Of a stretch of 64,000 nt of DNA, positions 8,291 through 17,781 are shown one piece after another. The stretch lies in contig CAZNKJ010000002.1 of assembly GCA_964574145.1 (NCBI GenBank), forward strand, positions 2,075 through 66,074. Reading direction: 5' to 3'. This DNA is from an uncultured Candidatus Saccharibacteria bacterium (GTDB taxonomy: Bacteria > Patescibacteriota > Minisyncoccia > Phycocordibacterales > CAZNKJ01). A program made the position numbers and the translations under genes. Position 1 is the stretch's first letter. Each line of letters opens with the position of its first letter. The notes under the pieces were generated by a model. That model was not told the DNA's origin, ran no database searches, and saw nothing but the letters and a program-made list of their open reading frames with translations.

Positions 8291-8611
8291 ATGCAAAAAA
8301 TTGCTGTTATAGCCACAGGTGGAAAACAATATGTAGTCTCAGAAGGAGATCTTATTACTATTGAGAAACTGAGTGGAGAACCCAAGGAAGGGGATGTGGT
8401 TACTTTTGATAAAGTGCTTCTTATGGATGATGGAAAGGATGCGATTGTTGGAACTCCATACATAGAGAATACTAAGATTTCAGGCACTCTGGTGGGCTCT
8501 GGTAGGGCTTCTAAGATAACTGTCATACAGTTTAAGTCTAAGAGTAGATATTTTAAGAAGAAAGGACATCGGCAGCCTTTTAATAAAGTAAAAATAAATT
8601 CATTCAAATAA
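8291..8611 (+). CDS. rplU: 50S ribosomal protein L21
   Basis: AVIATGGKQYVVSEGD...KKGHRQPF. Confidence 0.97.
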   Translation: MQKIAVIATGGKQYVVSEGDLITIEKLSGEPKEGDVVTFDKVLLMDDGKDAIVGTPYIENTKISGTLVGSGRASKITVIQFKSKSRYFKKKGHRQPFNKVKINSFK

Positions 8612-8646
8612 GAATTAAATATTTTGTATTTTCTTTTATTTGAGAT

Positions 8647-8682
8647 ACAAAACCGCATGACTTGTATGTCATGCGGTTTTGT
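8647..8682. terminator. Bidirectional terminator between rplU and recR
   Basis: ACAAAACCGCATGAC-TTGTAT-GTCATGCGGTTTTGT, 15-bp perfect stem. Confidence 0.8.
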
Positions 8683-8714
8683 GTAATCTATTAGATTTAG
8701 ACTGTAGACTTTGT

Positions 8715-9335
8715 TTAATTACGGTTTTGCAAAGCATTTTTTATGGTTTCAGTATCTGAATATTCAAGTTCGGTACCGGTGGAAAGTCCTCGTCCAAGTG
8801 TTGAGATTTTGAATCCATATTTTTCTCTAAGAGGGGCTAGGAGTTCATTTAAAAAGTTGGCTGTATTGTCGCCATCAGGGTTATTTGAGAGAGCGAAAAT
8901 AACCTCTTCGCACCTTTTGTTTTTGCATTCTTTTTCTATGCGCGATAAAAGTTCTTTACTTCGTATATAACGTTCTGGTTCTTTTTCTAGAATAGGCACA
9001 GTACCCCCTATGACAAAATAGTATCCTTTGTATGCACTACTTCGTTCTATATTTTCCAAGTCAACATCTTTTTCTACTATCATAATTTCAGATAAGTTTC
9101 TGTTTTGGTTATTGCAAATAGCGCAGAGCTTTTCATTTTCACTATGTGTTTCAAAAAAGCGGAAACACTTATTACATAGAGATACTTCATTTCTTAATTC
9201 CTTTAAATTAGAAGAAAGTTCGTCTAGAAAGTGAGAATTACGCGTGAGCAAAAAATATACGAAACGTCTAGCTTGTCTTGGACCAATGCCAGGGAATTGT
9301 CTAAAAGACTCTACCAGTTTTTCTATAGAACTCAT
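8715..9335 (-). CDS. recR: Recombination mediator RecR
   Basis: FPGIGPRQARR HhH, CxxC...CxxC zinc finger, toprim region, GTELEYSD.TI..AL.NR. Confidence 0.95.
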   Translation of the reverse strand: MSSIEKLVESFRQFPGIGPRQARRFVYFLLTRNSHFLDELSSNLKELRNEVSLCNKCFRFFETHSENEKLCAICNNQNRNLSEIMIVEKDVDLENIERSSAYKGYYFVIGGTVPILEKEPERYIRSKELLSRIEKECKNKRCEEVIFALSNNPDGDNTANFLNELLAPLREKYGFKISTLGRGLSTGTELEYSDTETIKNALQNRN

Positions 9336-9357
9336 TTTTGTCTATTGGATTAGATAT

Positions 9358-10758
9358 TTAAAATTCATTTTCTGATGAAGATGGGCTATCAAAATCTCCA
9401 AATTCACTCTTATCAACAGATAGGAATGATACTTTTTGCTCATCAAAATATAGTTCAATTTTGCCAACTGGACCATTGCGGTGTTTTTCAATTAGTATTT
9501 CCGCAATATTGTTATTTTCTACTTCATCATTCATCTTGTCTTCGCGATGAATAAACATGACAACATCTGCATCTTGCTCAATAGAACCTGAGTCACGTAG
9601 GTCAGAGAGTCTGGGGCGTCCTCGTCGTTGTTCTACGGCTCGTGAAAGCTGGGAGAGCGCAAGAACGGGGACCTCAAGTTCTCGTGCCATATGTTTTAAA
9701 GAACGTGAAATTTCAGTAACTTGTTGGACAAGAGAGTCAGATTTACGGCTTGCTGTCGGAGCCATTAATTGGAGATAGTCCACTATTATAAGGCCTAAAC
9801 CTTTTTCGCTTTTTAGTCGGCGGGCGACTGAACGCATTTTCAAGATATCACTTCCTGGTTTGTCATCTATATAAACAGGAGCTTTAGAGAGTTTGTCTAG
9901 TGCTACTCGTATTTGGTCAAATTCTGCGTCCGTTGAAAGATTCCCTGTGCGTAACTTCCAAGCGTTTACTCGTGATTCTGCAGCTAACATTCGGTCTACT
10001 AATTGTTGAGAGCTCATTTCAAGAGAAAAAATACCAACAGGAGTGTTAAATTGAGTCGCAGCTTGGCGAGCTATGTCTAGCGCCAGAGCAGTTTTCCCCA
10101 TTGAAGGGCGGGCGGCCAATATTATCAGGTCTGATTTTTGAAATCCGGCAAGCATATTATCTAAGTCACGGAAACCACTACGAACACCTCGAAGCTCATC
10201 TTTTGTTTTATGTAAATTGTCTAGACGCTCCCAAGCTTCTCCTAATGTCTCTTTTAATTCTACAAATTTATGCAGAGTAGGGGAGTTAGTCACTTCGTAC
10301 ACTTTTCTTTCTGCTTCATCTAGAAGTTCCTCTATGTCCTTACCTTCATCGTACCCAAGTTCTGAGAGGTAATCAGCTGCGTTAATCAAATTACGCATCA
10401 TTGATTTTTTCTGGACTATATTGGCGTAATGCTTAACATTTCCTGCTGAAGGTACGGCGTTAACGAGTTCAGCTAAGTAAGTTCGCCCCCCTATTCTTTC
10501 AAGAAGTTTCTTTTCTCCAAGTTTGGAAGACATAGAGAGTAAGTCTATAGGTTCACTTTTTGCAAAGAGGTCAAGCATGGCTTCATAAATAAGCCTATGT
10601 TTATCTGCGTAAAAAGAGTATGGGGATATAATATCAATGATGTCATGCATTGATTCTGGCTTGATCATAACAGAACCCAAGAGAGCTTTCTCCGATTCTA
10701 TATTATGCGGAGGAATGCGTAGCGTTTGACCACTAGAGAGACGTTCTTTGGTTGTCAT
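9358..10758 (-). CDS. dnaB: Replicative DNA helicase
   Basis: PPHNIESE, AARPSMGKT, FSLEM, IVDYLQL, LSQLSR, DLRDSGSIEQDAD, KHRNG. Confidence 0.98.
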   Translation of the reverse strand: MTTKERLSSGQTLRIPPHNIESEKALLGSVMIKPESMHDIIDIISPYSFYADKHRLIYEAMLDLFAKSEPIDLLSMSSKLGEKKLLERIGGRTYLAELVNAVPSAGNVKHYANIVQKKSMMRNLINAADYLSELGYDEGKDIEELLDEAERKVYEVTNSPTLHKFVELKETLGEAWERLDNLHKTKDELRGVRSGFRDLDNMLAGFQKSDLIILAARPSMGKTALALDIARQAATQFNTPVGIFSLEMSSQQLVDRMLAAESRVNAWKLRTGNLSTDAEFDQIRVALDKLSKAPVYIDDKPGSDILKMRSVARRLKSEKGLGLIIVDYLQLMAPTASRKSDSLVQQVTEISRSLKHMARELEVPVLALSQLSRAVEQRRGRPRLSDLRDSGSIEQDADVVMFIHREDKMNDEVENNNIAEILIEKHRNGPVGKIELYFDEQKVSFLSVDKSEFGDFDSPSSSENEF

Positions 10759-10825
10759 AAATTAATAATATCATATTTGTAGGTATACAAAAAAACATGT
10801 TTTGTTATGAAATATGTGCTTAAGA

Positions 10826-10834
10826 TGTGTATAA
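10826..10834 (-). promoter_or_regulatory. DnaA-box-like 9-mer (TTATACACA) upstream of dnaB
   Basis: TGTGTATAA on + matches TTATNCACA; single copy. Confidence 0.3.
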
Positions 10835-10892
10835 AAAAAGACCCTTTGATGTTATCTTAGGGCCTTTTCTCTATATATTCAGAGAGAGTTGG

Positions 10893-11126
10893 TTAATGTC
10901 CACAACAATTTAGATTTAAGATGGCGCGAATGCGATTTCCCTGGTCGTCATAAGCACTGAAGATGTCATCTGTGTTACTGGAACGATTCTCATTGTGGTT
11001 ATCGGTAACTCCGCAAGCCTCGTCCTCATCTTGGTAGTCGCCAAACAGATAGCAAGTATTTGTGAAGAGGTCTGTTCCGATCACTCTGGTTTTACCTTCT
11101 GGAGCTTTAAACATTGCAGAATACAT
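10893..11126 (-). CDS. Small acidic hypothetical protein
   Basis: 77-aa ORF, AAAGGGG SD-like motif before ATG, hairpin at about 10835-10868 downstream. Confidence 0.6.
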   Translation of the reverse strand: MYSAMFKAPEGKTRVIGTDLFTNTCYLFGDYQDEDEACGVTDNHNENRSSNTDDIFSAYDDQGNRIRAILNLNCCGH

Positions 11127-11209
11127 AGGTTGCCCCTTTCTTTTTCAAAAAATTTTTTGGAACGATGTCCGCATATAATTGTTATATGACTTCTCTAAGA
11201 TGTCAACTT

Positions 11210-12706
11210 CTAGTATTGCTTAACTGAAGGTCCGTCTGGTGTGTCTAAAACTGTATATCCCGCAGATTCAATTTTCTTTCTTATCTCATCCGCTATTTTC
11301 CAATCTTTATTTTTGCGTGCACTTTCTCTTTTAGCTATTAGTTTGCGTATTTCTGGAGGAGTTTCTGAGACAGATATTTTTTTTTCTATTCCAGTGAGTA
11401 AAGTTTTTAATTTTCTATGTCCTTCAATGAGACCTAGTCCAAGCACTTTATCAAAATCCAGAAGAGTTACACGTTTATCTTTTTTATTTATAGAATTGTC
11501 TTTGATAAGTTCCCATAGGATCACAAGGGCTCCTGGTGTGTCAAGGTTGTCATTTATGCGTTCAAGAAAACGTTTCTTGAATTCCTCATTTATCTTACCG
11601 TTTTTTATACCTAATTCATCAACAAAGATGCGCAATAGTCTTGAAAATGCTACTTGCGCGCCCTCTAGTGCTTCCCATGTAAAGTTCATTGGACTTTGGT
11701 AGTGTCCAGTAAGTACCCAATAACGATAAGCTAGCGGGGTTATTTCTTTTTTTTCAAGTTGTCTAAGTAGTATGCCGTTGTTTGCTGATTTAGATATTTT
11801 TTTCCCGTTCATAGTAATAAAGGCATTATGTAGCCAATATTTTACGTATTGTTTTTTTGTTACAGCTTCGGCTTGTGCAATCTCGTTGTTGTGGTGAATA
11901 GAAATATGTTCGATACCTCCTGTATGAATATCTATTTGTTTTCCAAGTTTTGAAAAAACCATAGCTGTACATTCTAAATGCCAGCCAGGGAAACCAACAC
12001 CCCAAGGCGATTCCCATTCTTGTTGACGTCTACTATTTTTCTTTTGTGAAAATTTCCATAAGGCAAAATCAGTGGGGTTTCTTTTTTCTTTATTTATTTC
12101 AACACGAGCTCCTTCTTTTAGAGATTCGATATCTATATTTCCTAGAGCTCCATAGGATGGGAAAAGGGAAGTGTCATAGTATATTCCGTCTGTTGTTTTA
12201 TAAGCGTAACCTTTTTCTTCTAGGGTTTCTACAAGAGCGATCTGTTCTTTTATAAAGTCTGTAGCGCGTGTAAAAATAATAGTTTCTGTATGTACATTGA
12301 GCTTATTGAGATCTTTTTTCCATGAGTCGGTTATTAAAGTGGCAAGTTTTTTAGCGCTTACACCAGCACGAGATGCTCCTTTTTCCATCTTATCCTCTCC
12401 GCTGTCGGCATCTGACGTAAGATGTCCAACGTCTGTAATATTAATTACTTGTTTAACGGTATAATTGTTGTAAATAAGAGTGCGTTTGAGTATGTCGGCA
12501 AAAATATAAGCGCGGAGATTGCCTATATGTTGATAGTCATACACAGTAGGGCCACAGTTATACATCTTCACTATACGTGGATTAATCGGAACAAACTCCT
12601 CCTTTTTTTTAGTTTGAGTATTAAAAAGAAAAAGAGAGTTTTTTCTCTTTATATTTTTTTCTTTAAAATATGTATTTTTGAATAGTTTGAAAAAGCTGAA
12701 AGTCAT
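11210..12706 (-). CDS. cysS: Cysteine--tRNA ligase
   Basis: MYNCGPTVY, HIGN, DFALWK, PGWHLEC, HHNNEIAQ, KISKS. Confidence 0.97.
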   Translation of the reverse strand: MTFSFFKLFKNTYFKEKNIKRKNSLFLFNTQTKKKEEFVPINPRIVKMYNCGPTVYDYQHIGNLRAYIFADILKRTLIYNNYTVKQVINITDVGHLTSDADSGEDKMEKGASRAGVSAKKLATLITDSWKKDLNKLNVHTETIIFTRATDFIKEQIALVETLEEKGYAYKTTDGIYYDTSLFPSYGALGNIDIESLKEGARVEINKEKRNPTDFALWKFSQKKNSRRQQEWESPWGVGFPGWHLECTAMVFSKLGKQIDIHTGGIEHISIHHNNEIAQAEAVTKKQYVKYWLHNAFITMNGKKISKSANNGILLRQLEKKEITPLAYRYWVLTGHYQSPMNFTWEALEGAQVAFSRLLRIFVDELGIKNGKINEEFKKRFLERINDNLDTPGALVILWELIKDNSINKKDKRVTLLDFDKVLGLGLIEGHRKLKTLLTGIEKKISVSETPPEIRKLIAKRESARKNKDWKIADEIRKKIESAGYTVLDTPDGPSVKQY

Positions 12707-12718
12707 ATGTATTTTTTT

Positions 12719-13636
12719 CTACAACCATTTTTTATATTTGAAAAATATAAAGAAAAATACAGCAGCCAGCAACATAATTCCAAGAATTACCCAGAAATCG
12801 CCGTAAAAGCCAGTTAAGGGTAATGTTTTTGTATTCATGCCAAAGATGGAAGCAAACAGGGATAGTGGAAATGTGACAAAGGCCATTATTGTCAGTACTT
12901 TTATAGTCTCATTTTGTTTTGTTGTAAGAAGTGAATTATTTGTTGCGCGTAGTTCTCTCAGTAAATCCATTTTAGCTGCGACCGAATTTTGTATTCGAAA
13001 ATATTCATTGATAATTTTTTTTGATTTGTTCATATACTGTTCTTCAAAAAACTTCTTGGAAATTGCTTCAAATGTTTCAAGAATCTCGCGATGTGCAGAA
13101 AGAGTTTGTTTAAAATCCAAAAGCTCTCGGCTGATTTTTGAGAGATCAAAAACCATTTCTCTTTCCCGCTCTTCAAAGACTTTTTGTTCTATCTCTCTAA
13201 GTGAATCACCAATATATTCTAATTCATGTTCAATGGCGTGATAAAGTTTTTTGATCATATAGTAGAACACATGTCCAGCGTGTTTATCGGTGTTATTTTT
13301 GTCTAAGATTGAATCAACTTCAAAAAGTTTTGCAAATTTGTGTATGGGGTCAATCGTGTCATATCTGGTAGTAATAAGAAAATTTTTACCTATTATAAAA
13401 TCTACTTCTTGGTTTTTTTGAGAAGTGTGAGTATGTTTGAAAGCGGGGAAGTGCAGAATTAAGTAGATTACAGAGTTCCCCCAAAATTCTATATGTGGTT
13501 TTACAGAAGGAAGTAAGAGCTCTTCAGCTACATGTGGATGAATTTCATATTCTTCCATTATTTTTCGCACCTCTTCGTTTGTTGGAGATTCAAGATCTAT
13601 CCAAGTGACGTTATTGTGTTTATATCGGGTGAGCAT
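12719..13636 (-). CDS. corA: CorA-family Mg2+/divalent cation transporter
   Basis: WIDLESPT start; C-terminal two TM with FGMN signature; KYKKWL end. Confidence 0.9.
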   Translation of the reverse strand: MLTRYKHNNVTWIDLESPTNEEVRKIMEEYEIHPHVAEELLLPSVKPHIEFWGNSVIYLILHFPAFKHTHTSQKNQEVDFIIGKNFLITTRYDTIDPIHKFAKLFEVDSILDKNNTDKHAGHVFYYMIKKLYHAIEHELEYIGDSLREIEQKVFEEREREMVFDLSKISRELLDFKQTLSAHREILETFEAISKKFFEEQYMNKSKKIINEYFRIQNSVAAKMDLLRELRATNNSLLTTKQNETIKVLTIMAFVTFPLSLFASIFGMNTKTLPLTGFYGDFWVILGIMLLAAVFFFIFFKYKKWL

Positions 13637-13755
13637 TACATAAGACAGTATAACATGCAGTAATTAAGGTGTAATATTTTGTCCACCATTTTCGGGATAA
13701 TAAATATTAAGTACTGGATATATCAAACTTTACCATTTAGACAAAACCTGCGATA

Positions 13756-15021
13756 ATGGTTTTAAATTTTAGAGCCATGAAAGAAAAATTTCTAGACATG
13801 ATAAATAAGCGCAGATTTATATTTTTTAGTGTTATAACAGTTTCTCTTCTGCTCTCTTTTTGGTTAGGCTTGAATGTAGGATATACAAATAGCAGACAGA
13901 TTGAATCTCTGGCTATTTTGAGCAACAAAGATTCTTTACCCCCAGAAAATATAGATTTTACGCCGTTGTGGAAGGCCTGGAATGTGTTGGAGGATAGATT
14001 TGTTCCAGCAACAACAACTTTATCAAAAACTAACCAAGATTATCTATGGGGAAGTATTAGAGGGCTCGCTGCTTCTTACGGAGATCCTTATACAGTATTT
14101 TTTCCACCCGCAGAAGCAACGATTTTTGAGGAAGATATAAATGGGTCTTTTGGAGGAGTTGGAATGGAGATTGGTGTTAGGAATGGAGTATTAACAGTTG
14201 TATCTCCTTTGAAAGGTACGCCGGCAGAAAAAGCTGGCGTAAAGAGTGGAGATTGGATAATGGAGATAGACAGTAAGAGTACTGATAAAATGTCAGTGGA
14301 CGAAGCTGTACAAAAGATTCGCGGGGAAGTGGGGAAAGCTGTAGTCCTTACAATCTCACGAAAGGAGGATAGTGAGTTAAAAACTATAGAAATTACCCGA
14401 GCTATTATAAGTATCCCTACTATTGATACAAAAATGAGAAAAGATGGGGTTTTTGTTATAAGTCTTTATAATTTTTCTGCTCTGTCACCAAATTTATTTC
14501 GTACCGCGCTTAGAGAGTTTGTTCAGTCAAACAGCAATAAACTTGTTCTTGATCTGAGAAATAATCCTGGAGGTTTTCTAGCAGCTGCTATTGATATGGC
14601 AAGCTGGTTTTTGCCTGCGGGGAAGGTTGTTGTCACGGAAGATTTTGGTAAGGGGGTTGAGCCAAAAATTCACAGAAGTAAGGGATATAATATTTTCACA
14701 AAACAGCTCAAAATGGTAATTTTGGTTAATGGAGGAAGTGCTTCTGCTTCTGAGATTTTGGCGGGAGCATTGCAAGAACAAGGTGTAGCAACACTTGTTG
14801 GACAGAGTACCTTTGGTAAAGGGTCAGTGCAGGAGGTGATAAAGATTACTCCAGATACTTCGCTTAAAGTAACAATAGCGCGCTGGTTGACTCCAAACGG
14901 AATCTCCATTTCAGATGGGGGTCTTACTCCAACAGTGGAGATAAAAATGACTGCAGAAGATGTTGAAGCTGGTAGAGATCCTCAGCTGCTGAAAGCAGTT
15001 TCTGTATTGTTAGAAAACTAG
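13756..15021 (+). CDS. S41 carboxyl-terminal processing protease (CtpA/Prc-like) with PDZ domain
   Basis: DPYTVF, GVGMEI, LDLRNNPGG, GSASASEILAGAL, TFGKGSVQ, RWLTPNG; true start may be a downstream Met. Confidence 0.95.
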   Translation: MVLNFRAMKEKFLDMINKRRFIFFSVITVSLLLSFWLGLNVGYTNSRQIESLAILSNKDSLPPENIDFTPLWKAWNVLEDRFVPATTTLSKTNQDYLWGSIRGLAASYGDPYTVFFPPAEATIFEEDINGSFGGVGMEIGVRNGVLTVVSPLKGTPAEKAGVKSGDWIMEIDSKSTDKMSVDEAVQKIRGEVGKAVVLTISRKEDSELKTIEITRAIISIPTIDTKMRKDGVFVISLYNFSALSPNLFRTALREFVQSNSNKLVLDLRNNPGGFLAAAIDMASWFLPAGKVVVTEDFGKGVEPKIHRSKGYNIFTKQLKMVILVNGGSASASEILAGALQEQGVATLVGQSTFGKGSVQEVIKITPDTSLKVTIARWLTPNGISISDGGLTPTVEIKMTAEDVEAGRDPQLLKAVSVLLEN

Positions 15022-15057
15022 AATTAGTAGATGTATTAATTAAAGTAATATTTGAAA

Positions 15058-15501
15058 ATGAAAGTTATACTTCTCAATGATATTCCAAAGATTGGAAGAA
15101 AGGGTGATATAAAAGATGTAGCAAGTGGTTATGCTACAAACTATCTCTTGCCTCGCGGGTTAGTGGAGGTTGCGACTGAGAAAAAAATACAGGAATTGGA
15201 AGAAAGGAAAAAAGAGTCAGTCGTAGAACAAAAAATACAAGAGAATTTGTTAGAAAAAAATATACAGGCTTTGAAAGGAGTAGTGGTCGAAATATCTGCA
15301 AAAGCAAATGAAAAAGGACATCTTTATGAGAGTGTTCATATTCTAGAAATACTACATGCTCTTAAAAAACAAGAACATGTAGATCTTAATGAAGAGAGTC
15401 TTTCTTTAGATGGTCCGATTAAGGAAATAGGTGAGCAGACTATTTCAGTAAAAGAGGGAAATTTTGTCGGATCTTTTGTTGTGTCTGTGAAAGCTCAATA
15501 A
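15058..15501 (+). CDS. rplI: 50S ribosomal protein L9
   Basis: MKVILLNDI.KIGRKGDIKDVASGYATNYLLPRG; GHLYESV. Confidence 0.96.
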   Translation: MKVILLNDIPKIGRKGDIKDVASGYATNYLLPRGLVEVATEKKIQELEERKKESVVEQKIQENLLEKNIQALKGVVVEISAKANEKGHLYESVHILEILHALKKQEHVDLNEESLSLDGPIKEIGEQTISVKEGNFVGSFVVSVKAQ

Positions 15502-15529
15502 TTTTAACAAGATAAACAATTAACTAACT

Positions 15530-15814
15530 ATGTCTTCAGTAGACAAAAACAAAGCTTTAAGTGTTAAAACTCAAGACATGAATAGAGCTATCGACTCGTT
15601 AAATGAAGAGATGAAAGCTGTAGACTGGTATCAACAAAGGGCTGATGTTACAACAGACGAGAACCTTAAAGGTGTCTTATTGCACAACATGAATGAAGAG
15701 TTGGAACATGCAGCGATGTTGATAGAGTGGATACGTCAACAAAGTCCTCAATTTAGTAAGGAACTAAAGAAATATCTTTTTAGTGATTCTGAGGATATTT
15801 CTAAAATGGAGTAG
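15530..15814 (+). CDS. Encapsulin-associated ferritin-like protein (EncFtn/Flp family)
   Basis: RAIDSLNEEMKAVDWYQQRAD...LLHNMNEELEHAAMLIEWIR...ELKKYLF matches the EncFtn pattern. Confidence 0.85.
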   Translation: MSSVDKNKALSVKTQDMNRAIDSLNEEMKAVDWYQQRADVTTDENLKGVLLHNMNEELEHAAMLIEWIRQQSPQFSKELKKYLFSDSEDISKME

Positions 15815-15822
15815 ACAAAAAA

Positions 15823-15872
15823 CGCAAAATAAAAACTTCTCGTGTCGAGTATCGAGAGGTTTTTATTTTGCG
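15823..15872. terminator. Long stem-loop between convergent genes
   Basis: CGCAAAATAAAAACTTCTCG...CGAGAGGTTTTTATTTTGCG, 20-bp stem with one G-U pair. Confidence 0.7.
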
Positions 15873-16162
15873 TCTATTGATTTTAATTTCCGAGTAGCTT
15901 CTTCGAGTTTGTTTTGATGTTCGTGTATTTTGCGTTTCAGTTCATCTTTTTCTCTTACCAGCCTACGCTTACTGTCTTCTTTTTTTGGAACAATGCTTCG
16001 TGACAGATTTTTTATTTCGCGTTCAAGTTCATCGATCTGTCTTTTATCTGTAGATATTTCTTGCTCGGTCTGAGATATTTGAGACTCCTTTGCCCGTAAG
16101 TCATTTTCCAACTGTTGAATTTCTCTATTGAGAGAGTTTAAGAGGTTGTTTATATCAGACAT
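15863..16162 (-). CDS. Hypothetical all-coiled-coil protein
   Basis: Continuous heptad pattern over 99 aa. Confidence 0.7.
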   Translation of the reverse strand: MSDINNLLNSLNREIQQLENDLRAKESQISQTEQEISTDKRQIDELEREIKNLSRSIVPKKEDSKRRLVREKDELKRKIHEHQNKLEEATRKLKSIDAK

Positions 16163-16239
16163 ATTGTAATGTATTCACAAGAGATAATCTCTTTCTTTAA
16201 TTTTTTATTCTTGCGCAAAAACCATTGTATTTATGGAGG

Positions 16240-16518
16240 TTAAGATGTGACAATGTTCACACATTTTTTGAGGTTAGTGGTGCCATCAAATTTCTTTTTG
16301 CGATGTTGTGTGAATTTAACTATCCCATCCTTAAGAGCAAAAAGCGTATGATCCTTACCCATCCCCACGTTGTTTCCTGGGATAATGCGAGTGCCTCGTT
16401 GACGTATGATGATAGAGCCTACCTGAGCTGTTTCTCCATCATAAAGTTTTGTACCCAAATATTTTGGATTGGAATCCCTTAAGTTTTTTGCTGATCCTCC
16501 TGCTTTTCTGTGTGCCAT
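16240..16518 (-). CDS. rpmA: 50S ribosomal protein L27
   Basis: [37 protein letters not shown]. Confidence 0.97.
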   Translation of the reverse strand: MAHRKAGGSAKNLRDSNPKYLGTKLYDGETAQVGSIIIRQRGTRIIPGNNVGMGKDHTLFALKDGIVKFTQHRKKKFDGTTNLKKCVNIVTS

Positions 16519-16574
16519 AGATGTATTATTTTATAGTATATTCTGTATATCTTTTGATATACTAGTGAATACAG

Positions 16575-16958
16575 ATGAGGAGAAGTATACCAGAGGTTAT
16601 AGATATGATCAAGAGATTTTTGCTAGGAGATTTTTTCATGGTCTTAGTTATTGTCTTAGTTGGGACTGCCAGTTTTGGTTTAGGGAGATTGTCTGTAAAA
16701 GAGGAAAGACGAGAGCCAGTAAGGATTGAATATCCGAATGTTTCAAATACTACCCCAGTAAGTTCAGATACTCAAAATACTTTGAAAAAACCTGCTTCTG
16801 AAGAATATTTTGTCGGGTCTAAAAATGGAAATAAATACCATTATCCTTGGTGTTCCGGAGCTAAACGTATAAAGTTAGAAAATCTTGTACGTTTTGCTAC
16901 TCAAGCAGAAGCTGAAAATGCCGGCTACACTCCAGCGGCAAACTGCAAGGGTTTATAA
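16575..16958 (+). CDS. Membrane-anchored protein with C-terminal Ada-like metal-binding domain
   Basis: TM LVIVLVGTASFGLGRL; VGSKNGNKYHYPWC...FATQAEAENAGYTPAANC. Confidence 0.8.
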   Translation: MRRSIPEVIDMIKRFLLGDFFMVLVIVLVGTASFGLGRLSVKEERREPVRIEYPNVSNTTPVSSDTQNTLKKPASEEYFVGSKNGNKYHYPWCSGAKRIKLENLVRFATQAEAENAGYTPAANCKGL

Positions 16959-16997
16959 AAAAGAAGAGTAATTAATATAAATTAAAACTTTACGTTT

Positions 16998-17024
16998 AAT
17001 AACGAAGGTTTAACCTTCGTTATT
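16998..17024. repeat. 27-bp palindrome sharing the AAGGTTTAACCTT core with the 0.5-1.3 kb repeats
   Basis: AATAACGAAGGTT-T-AACCTTCGTTATT, intergenic. Confidence 0.8.
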
Positions 17025-17074
17025 TCCTCTGAATATTTCGTGTCATAGAAAGAAAATTGCGGTATACTTATTTT

Positions 17075-17671
17075 ATGATAGTTGTTGACGTAGAAGCGAG
17101 CGGAACTGAATATCACAAGCACTCTATTGTTTCCATTGGAGCGCTTGACCTTGATAATCCACAAAACCAGTTTTATACAGAATGCCGTATTTGGGATGGT
17201 GCGCATATAATGGAGGAAGCTTTGGGAGTAAATGGTTTTACTAGGGCTGAAATTACTGATCCTGGTAAAAAAGACGAAGCGGAATTATTTCGGGAGTTTG
17301 TTGCATGGGCAGAAGATATAGAAGACCGCACTCTTGCCGGACAGAATGTTTCTTTTGATAGAGATTTTATCAAAGCTGCTGCAGAGCGCGCGGGGGAAAA
17401 TTATTCTTTTGCGTATCGTACCATCGACACTCACACACTCGCTTACATGCATATTATTAAACGCGGGAAGAAACCTCCGTTTGATAAAAAAACACGGCAT
17501 AGCGCTTTAAATTTAGATGCTGTGTTGAATTATACGGGTATTCCTGATGAACCAGAACCACATAACGCACTTACGGGAGCATTTTCACATGCCGAGGTAA
17601 TTTCACGGATTTTGTATGACAAACCGTTATTACCAGAATTTGAAAAGTATCCAATTCCGTGGATAGAGTAA
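17075..17671 (+). CDS. DEDDh 3'-5' exonuclease (DnaQ/RNase T-like)
   Basis: VVDVEASG, GQNVSFDRDF, IDTHTL, PHNALTGA (last conserved Asp appears replaced); ATG 6 nt after TATACT. Confidence 0.88.
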   Translation: MIVVDVEASGTEYHKHSIVSIGALDLDNPQNQFYTECRIWDGAHIMEEALGVNGFTRAEITDPGKKDEAELFREFVAWAEDIEDRTLAGQNVSFDRDFIKAAAERAGENYSFAYRTIDTHTLAYMHIIKRGKKPPFDKKTRHSALNLDAVLNYTGIPDEPEPHNALTGAFSHAEVISRILYDKPLLPEFEKYPIPWIE

Positions 17672-17781
17672 ACAAAAGAAAAATGAGTAAACTTACTCAC
17701 ATACGAACAGTATGTTGTTTGGTAGTTTTTAACGTACAATAATACAGTACTAGAAAAATTTGAATAATAAAGATATTTATC

